Assembly (NCBI RefSeq): GCF_963921235.1
Contig: NC_086107.1
Span: 103,168,001 to 103,232,000, forward strand
Origin: Mobula hypostoma
Lineage: Eukaryota
Length of the DNA: 64,000 nucleotides
Direction: 5' to 3'
Part shown: in pieces, positions 36,373 to 48,749 of the stretch
How positions within the stretch are numbered: the first letter of the stretch is position 1
Layout: every line of letters begins with the position of its first letter
Notes under the pieces: generated by a model
Told to the model about the DNA's origin: nothing
The model's input: only the letters and a program-made list of their open reading frames with translations
Database searches by the model: none
Position numbers and translations under genes: made by a program

Positions 36373-39300
36373 ATGCTACTTCTTCAATGGAATGCAGGAA
36401 GCCTGATTGCCAATGGACAAGATTTCAAGCAGTTTATAGCGAGTAGGAGAGAAAAGCCAGATGTTGTGTGTATCCAGGAGACCTGGTTAAAACCTAATTT
36501 AGATTTTGTTTTATATGGTTATGAGGCAGTAAGACGAGACAGGAGAGAGGGTGGAGGAGGAGGATGGGCAACTTATGTAAAGCAAGGTATTCCTTATAGA
36601 ATACTAGGTGTAGGAAGTGAACAAGAGTATGTGGTAGTAAAATTATGGGCTGAAAAGAAAGAGTTGGTGATTGTGAATTATTATAATCCATGCAAAAGAC
36701 TAGAGTTAAACAAGCTTGAGGAGATAAAGGGCAGAATAGTAGTAATGTTGTTTGGTGTGGTGATTTTAATGGACATGATGTATTATGGGGGAGTGACAGA
36801 ACAGACATCAATGGTCAGGTAATAGAGGAGTTGCTAGATGAGAAGTATTCAGTGTGCCTAAATGATGGCAGTAGTACTAGAATTGATGTTAATACAGGTA
36901 AAGAATCTGTGCTTGATCTTACATTAGTATCAAACTCCATTTTATCAGTGTGTGATTGGTTAGTGTACCAAGAAGGAACTGTAGGGAGTGATCATTACCG
37001 AATCTGGTGCAAGATAAATATTTCTACTTCATTGGTCACAGAGAATACAGGTGGGAAATGGATCCTTGAGAAAGCCAATTGGGAGAAATTTCTGGAAAAA
37101 AGTGATAGATATCTAAGTTAGGTCAGTGATGGAATGGACGTAGAAACACTTGACAGCATATTAAAACAAGGTATAATATCAGCTGCATTAGAATCCATTC
37201 CTAAAAGTAAAGGAAGAATAAAGAAGAGAATAATACCATGGTGGGATGATAATTGTAAGGGAGCAGTGAGAAATAGAAATAAGGCATTTGAACTGGTTAA
37301 AAGAACTCATAACTTCGAACATATGATTCAGTACAAACAAGCTCAGGCAATAGTAAGGAGGACAATAAGACATGCTAAAAGGAGGCACTGGAGAAAGTAT
37401 TGTGATTCAATCAGAAACACAACTCAAGTAGGAGAGGTGTGGGGGATGATAAAAAGGATGGGAGGGGTCAGGAGAGAGTGGAGATACCCAGTTCTGGTTG
37501 ATGGAAATGTGACTGCAGTAACAAATAAGGAAAAGGCAGAGTTGTTGGCAAATACTTTTGTTATGGTACATAGTTCCGATAATTTGTCTGAGAAGGGAAG
37601 AAGAGGTAGAGAGAGAACAAAAGCTGAGAATATGGATGCTTTATGTAGGAAAACTAACCTTGACAGTGTTCAAGATGTCCCTTTCAGCATGGGAGAATTA
37701 AGAAAGGCACTGGATAAAACAGGAAAGACTGCGCCAGGTAAAGATGAAATATGTTCTAGTATGATAAAACACTTGAGTGAAGGAAGTCTGGAGAAACTAC
37801 TGCTTCTGTATAACGAAGTCTGGGATGAAGGGAGAATACCAGGGAGCTGGAAAGAGGCAATAATTATTCCAATAAGGAAACCTGGGAAAGATGCCAGCAG
37901 GCCAGGAAACTACAGGCTAATTGCCTTGACGTCACATGTATGTAAACTTATGGAACGTATGATAAATGAGAGGTTAGTGCACTTCTTGGAAAGTCGAGGT
38001 ATGGTGGCTACGTATCAAAGCGGGTTCAGGAAAGGAAGGAATACTATGGATCCAGTGTTGTGTCTAGAGGATGAAATAAGAAAAGCTCAGGTAAATAAGG
38101 AGACAGTGGTTGCAGTTTTTTTTAATGTTGAGAAAGCTTGTGATATGTTATGGAAAGAGGAGCTCCTAATCAAACTACATTTAATGGGAATCAGAGGGGG
38201 GCAATGTTCAATTGGATTAAGGACTTTTTAAATGAGAGAACTATTCAGGTGAGGATAGGATCAGAGCTAACAAGCCAGTATGTTGTAGAAAATGGGACGC
38301 CTCAGGGGAGTGTAGTGAGTCCAACTTTATTCTCCATTTTGATAAATGATATATTCGTAAATATTCCAACGGAAGTGGGGAGGTCATTGTTTGCAGATGA
38401 CTGGGCTTTGTGGAAAAGAGGGAGAAATATTGAACATGTAGTTACAAAAATGCAAGATGGAATTAATCAAGTTGAAGAGTGGGGTACAAAATGGGGTGTT
38501 AAATTTTCAGTGGAGAGACAAAAGCCATGTTCTTTACAAGGAAAAAGTTCAGGGGACTTAATTTGAATCTGTATGGAAGTAACCTGGAGAGAGTTGAAAG
38601 TTTTCGGTTTTGGGGAGGGCACTTTGACTTGAGATTAACATGGAGAGAACATGTTAGATATGTAGTTACTAAATGTAAAACTGTGATAAATGTCATGAGG
38701 TGTCTTGCTGGGTTGGAATGAGGTGCTGATTTTGCAACACTGAATTATATTTATGTAGCATTAATAAGATCAAGATTAGACTATGGAAGTATTGTATACG
38801 GGTCAGCAGCAAAAATCTGTGCTGGCAGAACTGGATATCGTGCAAGCTCGGGCTCTAGGGGTGTGCTTGGGAGCGGTTAGAACTTCCCCAGTGTGTGCAC
38901 TCCAAGTTAAGGCAAATGAAATGCTATTGGGGCTGCGGCGTAAACAGCTGGAGGCCGATTACTGGATTAATTTAAGAGGGCATGGTGATAGCCATCCTAC
39001 AAAAAGGGTGTTGCAGACATGCTGGGAGAAGAAGAGGACACAAAAAGAAAGTTTTGGCTGGACAGGCGAGCAAACAGCAAAAGATATGGGTGTATATGAT
39101 AAAGAGTTTTGTCCAAGTGTGTTGTGGCCTGTCAGACCTTTCTGGGTATTAGAAAATCCCTCTGTAGGTTTGGAATTAATTAAGATTAAGCACAGTAATA
39201 AGACGGCTGATATACTCAGTGAATATCATAGTTATAGGGATAAGTGTAAAGGTATACAGATTTTTACGGATGGATCAAAGGATCCAGAAACAGGTGCAAC

Positions 39301-40260
39301 AGGGTCTACAATTGTTGTACCAAGTTATCGAGTGGAAATTAGCAAGAGAACACCTGATTGCTTGAGTGTATATGCGGTTGAAATGTTTGCCATATTGTTA
39401 GCACTAGAATGGAGTGAGCAGGTTGATTGTAATAATTTTGTGATATGTAGCGATTCTGTATTGGCCCTTGCAAGCATTAAGGCGGGTACAGCTAGAGGTC
39501 ACCAGGATCTGCTTTATGAAATCCTGTTTGCAAATTCAAGACTGGCTAGACAAGGCAAAAATATCGCATTCATGTGGGTTCCAGCACATTCGGGTATTAT
39601 GGGAAATGAGACAGCAGATAGGCTGGCAAAAGCAGCCGTCAAAAAAGGGTCTGCAGAGGTAATATTAAACTATCAAAATCAGAGGGGAAGAGCATAGTGT
39701 GGAGAAGGATAAATCAACAGTGGCAGCAGCATTGGGATAGAGCAATAAAAGGAAGACATTTACATTCAATTCAGAACAGAGTAGATATGGGAAGAAGTAG
39801 GGGAGTAAAGCGGAAGGAGCAAGTAATTATAAGTAGACTGAGAATTGGGCACAGCAACCTTAATGGCACTCTGGCCATCATAAATAAGCATCCAACACAC
39901 ATCAAAGTTGCTGGTGAACGCAGCAGGCCAGGCAGCATCTCTGGGAAGAGGTACAGTCGACGTTTCAGGCCGAGACCCTTCGTCAGGACTGAAGAAGTTT
40001 AGATACGGAATTCCTGTTGTTTGTGATAAATAAGCATCCAACAGGTTTTTGCGATCTATGTCAGAAGACTGAAACAGTAGAGCATATCCTTATTTCATGC
40101 AGGAGATTTGCATAGGAAAGGCAACAAATGTTACAACAATTACGCAAAATAGGACTGGTAGAGAACAGTGTTAGAGGTTTATTGGAATGTGGGGAGAGTG
40201 ATCGGGGAGGAAATGGTTGTTTAGTTATTTAAGGGCGACGGGACTGGAAAGACAGCTTTA
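36373..40260 (+). pseudogene. LINE ORF2 (APE endonuclease-RT-RNase H), multiple frameshifts and stops
   Basis: LLQWNA, CIQETWL, GSDH, YQSGFRKGR, GTPQGSVVSP, LFADD, IFTDGSK, WVPAHSGIMGNETADRLAK, CDLC...EHILISC motifs in successive ORFs. Confidence 0.88.
39955..39990 (-). ncRNA. Minimal type I hammerhead ribozyme motif (Penelope-associated)
   Basis: AGTC CTGACGA AGGGTCTCGGCCT GAAA CGTC GACT, intact core, inside insertion 39898-40025 with an 18-bp TSD. Confidence 0.75.
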
Positions 40261-41074
40261 AAGTGAATGGACAATGAAGAACAATAAATCCTGAAGATGG
40301 CAGTAATGCAACAATGTGGATGCCAACTGGAAGAAGAAGAAGAAGAAGGAGAAGTCGAAGAAGAAAACTTGTCAGTCCCCCTTGGAGCAACCTGTTGATG
40401 GAAGGCTAGTGAAACCATTTGTGATCTCTAGGCCTGGTTGGAGGACCACTGCTTCATGGAGCCTTGTTGCCACTCATTGGAGTGGTCTTTGCGGTATGGG
40501 TTCGGCTGTTTCCCGGGCCAGCTGAGTGGCTGCTAGCCACTCCAAGCTAGGTAGGGATCCGGCTGCTTCCATAGCCTGCTGAGGTTGCTGGCCGAACTGA
40601 GACTCGGAGCTTCCCCGGAGCAGAGATGGAACTGTCTGATGTTCTTTGGTGTTTGTCTCTTCTTGTCCTTGCCTCTGTGGGGTAAGCCAGGCCGTTTTGC
40701 CGTTGCCCGGCGGGGGGGGGATCTGTCTTGTCTTGTCCTCGCCTCCATGGGGTAAGCCAGGCCATTTTGCCGTTGCCCTGCGGGGGGGACCTGTCTTGTC
40801 CTTGCCTCTGTTGGGTAAGTCCGGCAGTTCTGCCGTTACCTGACGGAGAGACCTGTCCCTTGGAGTGGAGATGAAGTTGAGTCCTGGCTTGTCGTAGGAT
40901 AAGTCCTGGCTCTATGTCTATGTTCTGTCCTGGCTCATGTTTGTGTTGTGTCAAAGATGAGTCCTGGCTTGTCGAAGGATAAGTCCCGGCTCTATGTTGA
41001 TGTTCAGTTCCTAGACTGTCTCTCAGCTCCAGTCTCCAAGTTATCAGCCTCCGCATTTCAAGACAAAGATCCCG

Positions 41075-41465
41075 CAGCCAAGCTCCAAGAACCCAAGCCT
41101 CGTGGATCTCAAGCCCAGCTCCAAGAACCCAAGCCTCGAGGATCCCAAGCCAAGCTCCAAGAACCCAAGCCTCGCGGATCCCAAGCCAAGCTCCAAGAAC
41201 CCAAGCCTCGAGGATTCCAAGCCAAGCTCCAAGAACCCAAGCATAGATCCCAAGCCAAGCTCCAAGCCACGCAGATCCCAAACCAAGCTCCAAAAACCCA
41301 AGCCTCGTGGATCTCAAGCCCAGCTCCAAGAACCCAAGCCTCGCGGATCCCAAGCCAAGCTCCAAGAACCCAAGCCTCACGGATCCCAAGCCAAGCTCAA
41401 GACCCAAGACCCCAAGCCTCGAGGGTCCCAAGCCAAGCTCAAGACCCAAGACCCCAGCCTCAAGC
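41075..41465. repeat. 36-bp tandem repeat (CCAAGCTCCAAGAACCCAAGCCTCGCGGATCCCAAG) inside the LTR
   Basis: About 10 imperfect copies; produces the spurious AKLQEPKPRGSQ ORFs. Confidence 0.85.
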
Positions 41466-42189
41466 CATGTCATGTCCTTGCCTAGTTCTGGGGTCCGAGC
41501 CCGAGGCAAGACCCAGGTTCTGGGTCCTTGTCTAGTCTCGGGCTCAGAGTCCAAGCCTTGTCTCCTAGTCCATGGTTCCTAGTCCTGGTCCCGCTTTCCC
41601 TAGCCCAACTCTGCGTTCTTGTCTCTGCTCCTTGCCTGAATCCTGTCACGTCCCTACTCTAGTCAAGTCCTGTTCTTTGTACTTCAGTGTCTGTGTCTTG
41701 CATTTGGGTCTGTTTCCAGCACCCCAATGTGACAGGGAGGGGAACTTCTGACTATAGTAAAATATCTTTGAACACCCCCGCTAGTTGATTGGCACAGGTT
41801 TTCGGAGCCCTACCAGGTAGACCATCAGGGCTTGTCGCCGTGCGAGGGTTCACCCTCCTGAAACACCGTCTGATGTGCCCATTGACTATATTGTGAGACG
41901 ACGTGCCCCCACCAAAACACTCTGGCAGTGTGTTCCAATTCCCATCTTCCCTGCGCACAGACAGCATTGAAGGTCAGATTGAACCCGCGTACCTGGACTT
42001 GTGAGGCAGCTGCTCTCTTAACTGGACATCAGTGGGTAGGGAATGTGATCAGGGCCAAAAGAGGAATAGCAGGTGGGATGGCACCCAATATGGAGATGGG
42101 GGGGGTGGGGGCAAGGGATCAAGTAAGTTACAGGAGTAAAAGTGAGTCAGAAAGCTCCATCACGGGTACAACCAAAGAGTCACGCGTTC

Positions 42190-42720
42190 AGTGACTACTC
42201 CTGTATCTAATAAAATGGCCGCTGAGTGTATGTTTGTGGTCTTCTGCTGCTGTGGCCCATCCATTCTAGGTTCAATGTTTTGTCCATTCAGAGATGCCAT
42301 TCTGAACACCACTGTTGTAACGTGTAGTTTTTGAGTTACTGTCGCCTTCCTGTCAGCTTGAACCAGTCTGGACATTCTCCTCCGACCTCTCTCACTAACA
42401 AGGCATTTTCAGCAAAGAACTGCCACTCACTGGATGTTTTATTTTGTTTCTCACACCATTCTCTGTAAACTCCAGGGTCTGTTGTGCTGTAAAACCCCAG
42501 GAGATCAGCAGTTTCTGAGATACTCAAACCACCTTGTCTGGCACCAACAATCATTCCACGGTCAGTCAGATAGATCACATTTCTTCCCCCATTCTGATGT
42601 TTGGTCTGAACAACAACTGAGCCTCTTGACCGTGCCCGCGTGCTTTTATGCATTGAGTTGCTATCGCATGGCAGGCGGATTAGATATTAGCGTTAGCGAG
42701 AGGTGTATGGCCACTGAGGG
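42190..42720 (-). mobile_element. Non-autonomous Tc1-derived element
   Basis: Clear similarity to 850-1325 (GLSISETADLLGF-like remnant). Confidence 0.75.
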
Positions 42721-43214
42721 TTTATGGTGAATAAGGTTGGTAATTGATGTGTTGAAGTGTCATCAACCCACAATCCAGTTCACTGCGGTAGAAATCAATG
42801 GTAGAAGTACTTTCACAAGACCAGGATAGAGCAATGTAGTACAGAAATAGGTCTCACGTCTATATCAAACATCCATTAAGCAAGGGGTCCATGGACCCCA
42901 GATTGGGAACCCCTAGGCTGGATGTAGGGAGAAAGAGAGTGAATTTGGGAGAAGCAATTTACTAAGCAAACTGGAAAACCGGTGACTGCTTGTGGATCTA
43001 GAGAGGGAGGTGAAATCAAACAGTTTGATTCCTGAGTGAGGCCTGAGGAAAAGGAAGGTCTTTCAAGTCAAGTCAAGTCACTTCTTATTGTCATTTTGAC
43101 CATACCTTCTGGTACAGTACACAATAAAAACAAGACAACGTTTTTCAGGACCATGGTGCTACATGAAACAATGCAGAAACTGCACTGAACTACATAAAAC
43201 AACACAAAAACTAC

Positions 43215-44056
43215 GCTCTCCCTCCTGGCACTTATCCTACACGTGCCCTTACACTTCCTCCCTTACCACCATTCAGGGCCCCAGACAGTCCTTCCAGGTG
43301 AGGTGACACTTCACCTGTGAGTCGACTGGGGTGATATACTGGTCCGGTGCTCCCGATGTGGCCTTTTATATATTGGCGAGACCCGACGCAGACTGGGAGA
43401 CCGTTTTGCTGAACGCCTACGCTCTGTCCGCCAGAGAAAGCAGGATCTCCCAATGGCCACAGATTTTAATTCCACATCCCATTCCCATTCTGACATGTCT
43501 ATCCATGGCCTCCTCTACTGTAAAGATGAAGCCACACTCAGGTTGGAGGAACAACACCTTATATTCCGTCTGGGTAGCCTCCAACCTGATGGCATGACCA
43601 CTGACTTCTCTAACTTCCACTAATGCCCCACCTCCCCCTTGTACCCCATCTGTTATTTATTTTTATACACACATTCTTTCTCTCACTCTCCTTTTTCTCC
43701 CTCTGTCCTCTGACTATACCCTTTGCCCATCCTCTGGGTCCCCCCCCCTTTTCCTTCTCCCTGGGCCTCCTGTCCCATGATCCTCACATATCCCCTTTGC
43801 CAATCACCTGTCCAGCTCTTGGCTCCATCCCTCCCCCTCCTGTCTTCTCCTATCATTTCGGATCTCCCCCTCCCCCTCCCACTTTCAAATCTCTTACTAA
43901 CTCTTCCTTCAGTTAGTCCTGACGAAAGGTCTCGGTCTGAAACGTCGACTGCACCTCTTCCTAGAGATGCTGCCTGGCCTGCTGCGTTCACCAGCAACTT
44001 TGATGTGTGTTGCTTGAATTTCCAGCATCTGCAGAATTCCTCTTGTTTGCGTTTTT
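43215..44056 (+). mobile_element. Penelope-like family A 3' fragment (decayed GIY-YIG plus tail, hammerhead 43915-43950), inserted in a Rex1-type 3' tail
   Basis: Homologous to 8860-9277; AGTC-CTGACGA...GAAA-CGTC-GACT motif. Confidence 0.88.
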
Positions 44057-44659
44057 AAATTAACTAGACTACAGACCTACCCAGGACTACATAAAGTGCA
44101 CAAAACAGTGCTGTCAAGTGGAGTTAGTGTCAGGCCTGGCAAGAGCTTACTAGTCAGGCAGGGGAAGCATTTAAGGGACATTCTCAATGAGGCTTCGAGA
44201 ATGCGCAGTGTCCCCGCCAACCCACGAGAACCCAGGGCCCGTCACTGAGCAAAGCCGAGCAGGAGAATTTGGGAAGGTGCTGAAGGTGTTGGGACTTTAC
44301 CGCAGGAGGCCAGGGAGAATGGCGGACGGAGAGCAGCAGCTCCCACACTGCCCCTTGAGCGACTCCTGCCCCACTTACGGCAGGGGCTGATGATCCCACG
44401 TCTCCTTCCTCAGCAGATTACTCAGAACTGGAACGGATTGTCGCGATCACGAGGGGAAGCAGAGTCAATATGAAACTCCTATTTTTGTTGGGGGGGGTGG
44501 GCAGAGAATTAAATCAGAGGAGCGTTTGCTGTGTTTTGATTTCTTCCATTATTTATTCCACCCTGACTGGCTGTGTCACTGCCTGGTATGGGAACTGTAG
44601 TACCCTCAGTCGCCGGGCACTGCAGAGAGTGGCGCGACGGACAGCCCAGCACATCCGTG

Positions 44660-45039
44660 TGTCATGGTCCCGTCTGGCTGTCCCCCATCACGCACCTTTC
44701 TCCTTGATTATGCCTTAATTCCAGTCGCTAGATTCCCAATTGCTGCTAGTTCGCTTAATTACATCAGAGACTGCAGGATAAGGACTCTGGCGTCACAACC
44801 ACGGGTCGCCAGCTCGTCGGTCAATTCCCGTGTTTTAACCTCGTTTCCCGCTCTCTTAGGCTGTTAGTTCTAAGTTCAGCTCTGGTCACTAGATATTCTA
44901 CGAGAACCTTGCCTCCGGGTGAAGACTCCTCTGAGGTTATCTGTTCCACGTTCGCGACCGTGCAAGCACCTGTCAATCCTATCTCCGTGTCGGTGTCCTG
45001 CACTTGGGTTCGCCCCCCCCCCCAGTCGCTCCTTGTAAC
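44660..45039. mobile_element. Short solo LTR-like sequence within a Rex1 fragment
   Basis: Starts TGTCATGGTCC like the 34932 LTR and ends gtcctgcacttgggtt...TGTAAC. TSD not clear. Confidence 0.6.
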
Positions 45040-48000
45040 TTTCCTCCATTCGGGACATTTACAGCAGTAGGTGCGTAAAAAGGGCCTGGAGGATCATTGG
45101 GGACTCCAGTCACCCCGACCACAAACCGTTTCAGCTGCTTCCGCCTGGCAAACGGTACCACAGCATTACGGCCAGGAGCTCCAGGCTCCAGGACAGTTTC
45201 TTTCACCAGGCGATCAGATTGATAAATGCACATCAATCTAATTGCTTATCTGACTGTACATGCATGTACAGTATATAAAACAATTATGATTACAATCTTA
45301 GTGTTTGGGCAATATCCTCCCACATCTCCCTTTCTTATTGCTTGAACATTGCGACGGGGAAGCACCATTAAGATTTTTACTCCCTTAATGTTGTCAGATG
45401 GATGTTAGAAATAAAAACTCTAATTCTAATTCAATTATTTGTACCCATGTCAGTCCTCCCAGTATTGGCAAAACTTAATATTCACTCCTGAGTCCAATTT
45501 GAGAATGATTTCAATCCAGGCTGCTGACTGTGGTTACATTTCCTGCATAAGTTCCACTCAGCACAAACCACACGCATACAAGATGCCGGAGGAACTCGGA
45601 AAGTCGGTGGCATGGTAGCGTATCGGGTGGCCTAATGCTGCACGATTGGGGTTTGTCTATAAGGGACTTGTACGTTCTCCCCGTGACCGTGCGGGTTCTC
45701 TCGGGATGTTCCGGTTTCCTCCAACGTTCTGAAGAAGTATGGTTAGAGTCAGAGGGTCGTGGGCTTGCTATGTTGTCGCTGGAAGCGTGGTGACAATAGT
45801 GGCCGCCCAGCACAACCCTTGCTGATTTCATTTGACGCAAATAGCGCACTTTGCTGTGCTTTTCGGTGCATGCATGACAGCCTCTGCGGAGGGGAATAAA
45901 CAGTCGGCGTTTTGAGCCCAGGTAAAGGGCCGCAGCTGGAACAGCCGCCTCCGTAGACGCTGCCTGGCTTGCCGAGTCCCTCCGGCATTTTTGTGTGCGT
46001 TGCTGAACATTTCCAGCGTTGGCGGTATCTCTGGCGTTCCTGAATGCAAACTGCAGCATGGGTCGCTTGAGAGCCGGAGACGGGCTGACAGCTGACCGTT
46101 CAGGCAAAGGTCACCCTGAGCACAAGCTCATTTAAAGCTCTGCTGACTGTGGCTGAATTTTGCATCCATCAGTGTGGTGCTCAGCGATCTGTTTGACATG
46201 TTGTACACAAAAACAGTTTAGAGCCAGGGAGCAGAGAGCAAGCCCTTCATCCCCACCAAATCCTTGCCAATCATTGAACACCCATTTGCACAGTTCCCAT
46301 TCTTTAGCCTTCCCACATTCCCATCAAATCCCATCCCCCCCAAACAGATTCTGCTACTGACCCGCACATTCAGACAGAGACGTAACATAAAGATTTTTAC
46401 TCCTCATGTATGTGAAGGATGTAAGAAATAAAGTCAATTCAATTCAATACTTACAGTGGTGAATTAATCTGCAAATCCACATGTATTTGGGACGTGGAGG
46501 GAAACTGGAGCTCCTAGAAGTAACGCAGTCACAAGGAGGGCATGCAAACTCCACATAGACAGCACTGGTTACTTGTGAGTTGGAGATGGAGGTCAAGGGT
46601 GAAACTGAGTCGCTCGAACTAAACAGACACTGAAATAAACTCTCATGAACCCTTCCAGCATCTCGTCCCCATCTGTCTCTAAAATCCTCTCCAGCCCTCT
46701 GATAAAAGCCCAGCTTTCCATCATGCCCCCATTGACAGCCCTTCTCGGGCGGAGAAGGACGAGAGAAGGGATTGCAACAGAGTTCAGCATGGGAAAGATA
46801 GCCATACTGAAGGGCAGTAAAGGCCACAGTGAACGGGGATGTTTGGAGCTGTCTAATCAACAGGAGGCAGCACCGTAGGGTAGTGGTTCAAAGTGAAAAA
46901 GTTTGGAGTAACTTTGTTATCGAAGTCCGTATATGTCACCATATGCAGCCCTGAGGTCCGTTTTCTTGAAGGCATTCACAGATACAAAGAAACAGCATGA
47001 ATCAATGAAAAATCACACACAACAAAACGGACAAACAACCGAAATGCGAAAGACAGCAAACTCTGCAAATACAAATAATAATAATAATAGATAGCTGGGG
47101 TGCTGAAGACTTTTGCACAGTATTGTAGTAATTTATATCTTGCACTGTACTGCAGCTGCAAAAAAAATACAAATTTCGTGATATATGTGAGTGATGATAA
47201 ACCTGATTCTGATCTGGGTCTGTATTGTGGATTGTGGACTGAGAGTGGGAAGGGGGCAGGAAGAGGGGAATCATGGTTGGGAAAGGGGTAGGGAGAGGGA
47301 AGCACCAGAGGGATATTCTGTAATGATCAATAAACCAATTGTTTAGAATAAAATTGCCTCGCCTGGTATCTCAGAGCTGGGTTTGTCGGCACTCGCACCA
47401 CCCCCCTGCCCCTGGCTTCCTTCTCTGCCTCCTGTCCCACCCCCTCCCACGGCACTCCACCCCCGCCATTCCCAACACCCTTTGCTTTCGCCAGATTTAC
47501 AATTTGCTGTCCACTCCACGCTGACAAATACAGCACTGTGCAAAAGTCTTCATCGTCATAGCTACAGATATGTGCCTAAAATATTTGCACAGTGCTGTAC
47601 CTGTCACCATACAACCCTGAGATTCATTTTCTTGTGGGCATTCACAGTAGATACATTGAAAAACAATAAAATCATTGGGAAACTACACCCAACAGTTCAG
47701 ACAAACAACCAGTGTACGAAAGACAACAAGCCGTGCAAACATAAGAGGAAGAAATAATAAATAAATGAACATTAAATATTGAGAACACAAGATGAAGAGT
47801 CCTTGAAAGTGAGTCCATAGGTTGTGGGGACATTTCAACGATAGGGTGAGTGAAGTTATCCCCTCCAGTTCGAGAGCCTGATGGTTGAGGGGTAATAACT
47901 GCTCCTGAACCTGGTGGTGAGAGTCCTGAGGTTTCTGTACCTTCTACCTGATGGCAGCAGTGAGAAGAGAGCATGGCTGGTTGGTGGGGGTCCTTGATGA

Positions 48001-48749
48001 TGGATGCTGCTTTCCTGCGACAATGCTCCATGTAGATGGGCTCAATGGTGGGGAGGGTTTTACCTGTGATGGACTGGGCCATATCCTCTACTTTTTGTAG
48101 GCTTTTCTGATCAAGAGCACTGGTGTTTTCATATCAGGCTGTGTTGCGACCAGCCAGTATACTCTCCACCGCGCATCTGTCAAAGTTTGTCACAGTTTTA
48201 TATAACATGCCAAATCTTTGCAGACTTCTAATAGAGTAGAGTTACCACCTTGCGTTCTTTAGAATGGCACTTATGTCCCGGACCCAGGACAGATACTGTG
48301 AAATGATAACACCAAGGAAAGTTGCTGACCCCTTCCACCTCTGGTCCTCCGATAAAGACTGGCTCATGGACCTCCTCCTGTAGTCAATAATCGTTGTCCG
48401 GGTGCTCTGGTTTCCTCCCACAGTCCAAAGACGAACTGGTTGGTAGGTTAATTGGTCATTGTAAATTGTCCTGTGATGAGGCTAGTGTTAAATTGAGGGA
48501 TGCTGTGTGGCGGGGCTCAAAGGCCGGAAGGGCTGATTCCATAATGTATCTCAAGCAATAAATATACTACCTATAAAAAGTATTCACCCCACCGCCCCCT
48601 GGAAGTTTTATTATTTTACAGCATTGAATCACAGTGGATTTAATTTGGCTTTTTTGACACTGAACAATGGAATAAGACTCTCCCATAACAAAGTGAAAAC
48701 AGATCTCTACAAAGTGATCTAAATTAATTACAAATATAAAACACAAAAT

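Larger units (their letters stand above)
35064..40366 (+). mobile_element. Near full-length Nimb/I-clade non-LTR retrotransposon (decayed)
   Basis: Gag-like ORF1 with CCHC knuckles; ORF2 with APE, RT (FADD), RNase H and a C-terminal CCHC; 3' GATGGCAGTAATGCA...(GAA)n tail. The 5' boundary is approximate. Confidence 0.9.
34932..41734. mobile_element. Solo LTR (Gypsy-like, about 1.5 kb net) split by the Nimb LINE
   Basis: TGTCA...TGACA termini; 5-bp TSD GGGAG (34927-34931, 41735-41739); flanks rejoin as a Rex1 RT sequence. Confidence 0.8.
32700..41880 (-). mobile_element. Rex1/Babar LINE RT fragment serving as host of nested insertions (pieces 32700-33926, 34637-34931, 41735-41880)
   Basis: TGAPQGCALSPLLYSLY, FADDTT, FAYR, IIPVPKQ and CANQLAGVF motifs rejoin across the insertions. 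Confidence 0.8.

Noticed and set aside
40547-41582. Long repetitive ORFs on both strands
   Set aside because: Produced by the 36-bp array inside a solo LTR.
44366-44386. Similarity of hairpin CCTGCCCCACTTACGGCAGG to CCTGCCCTGGCTTATGGCAGG at 4100-4120
   Set aside because: Only about 20 nt with unrelated flanks; consistent with chance.
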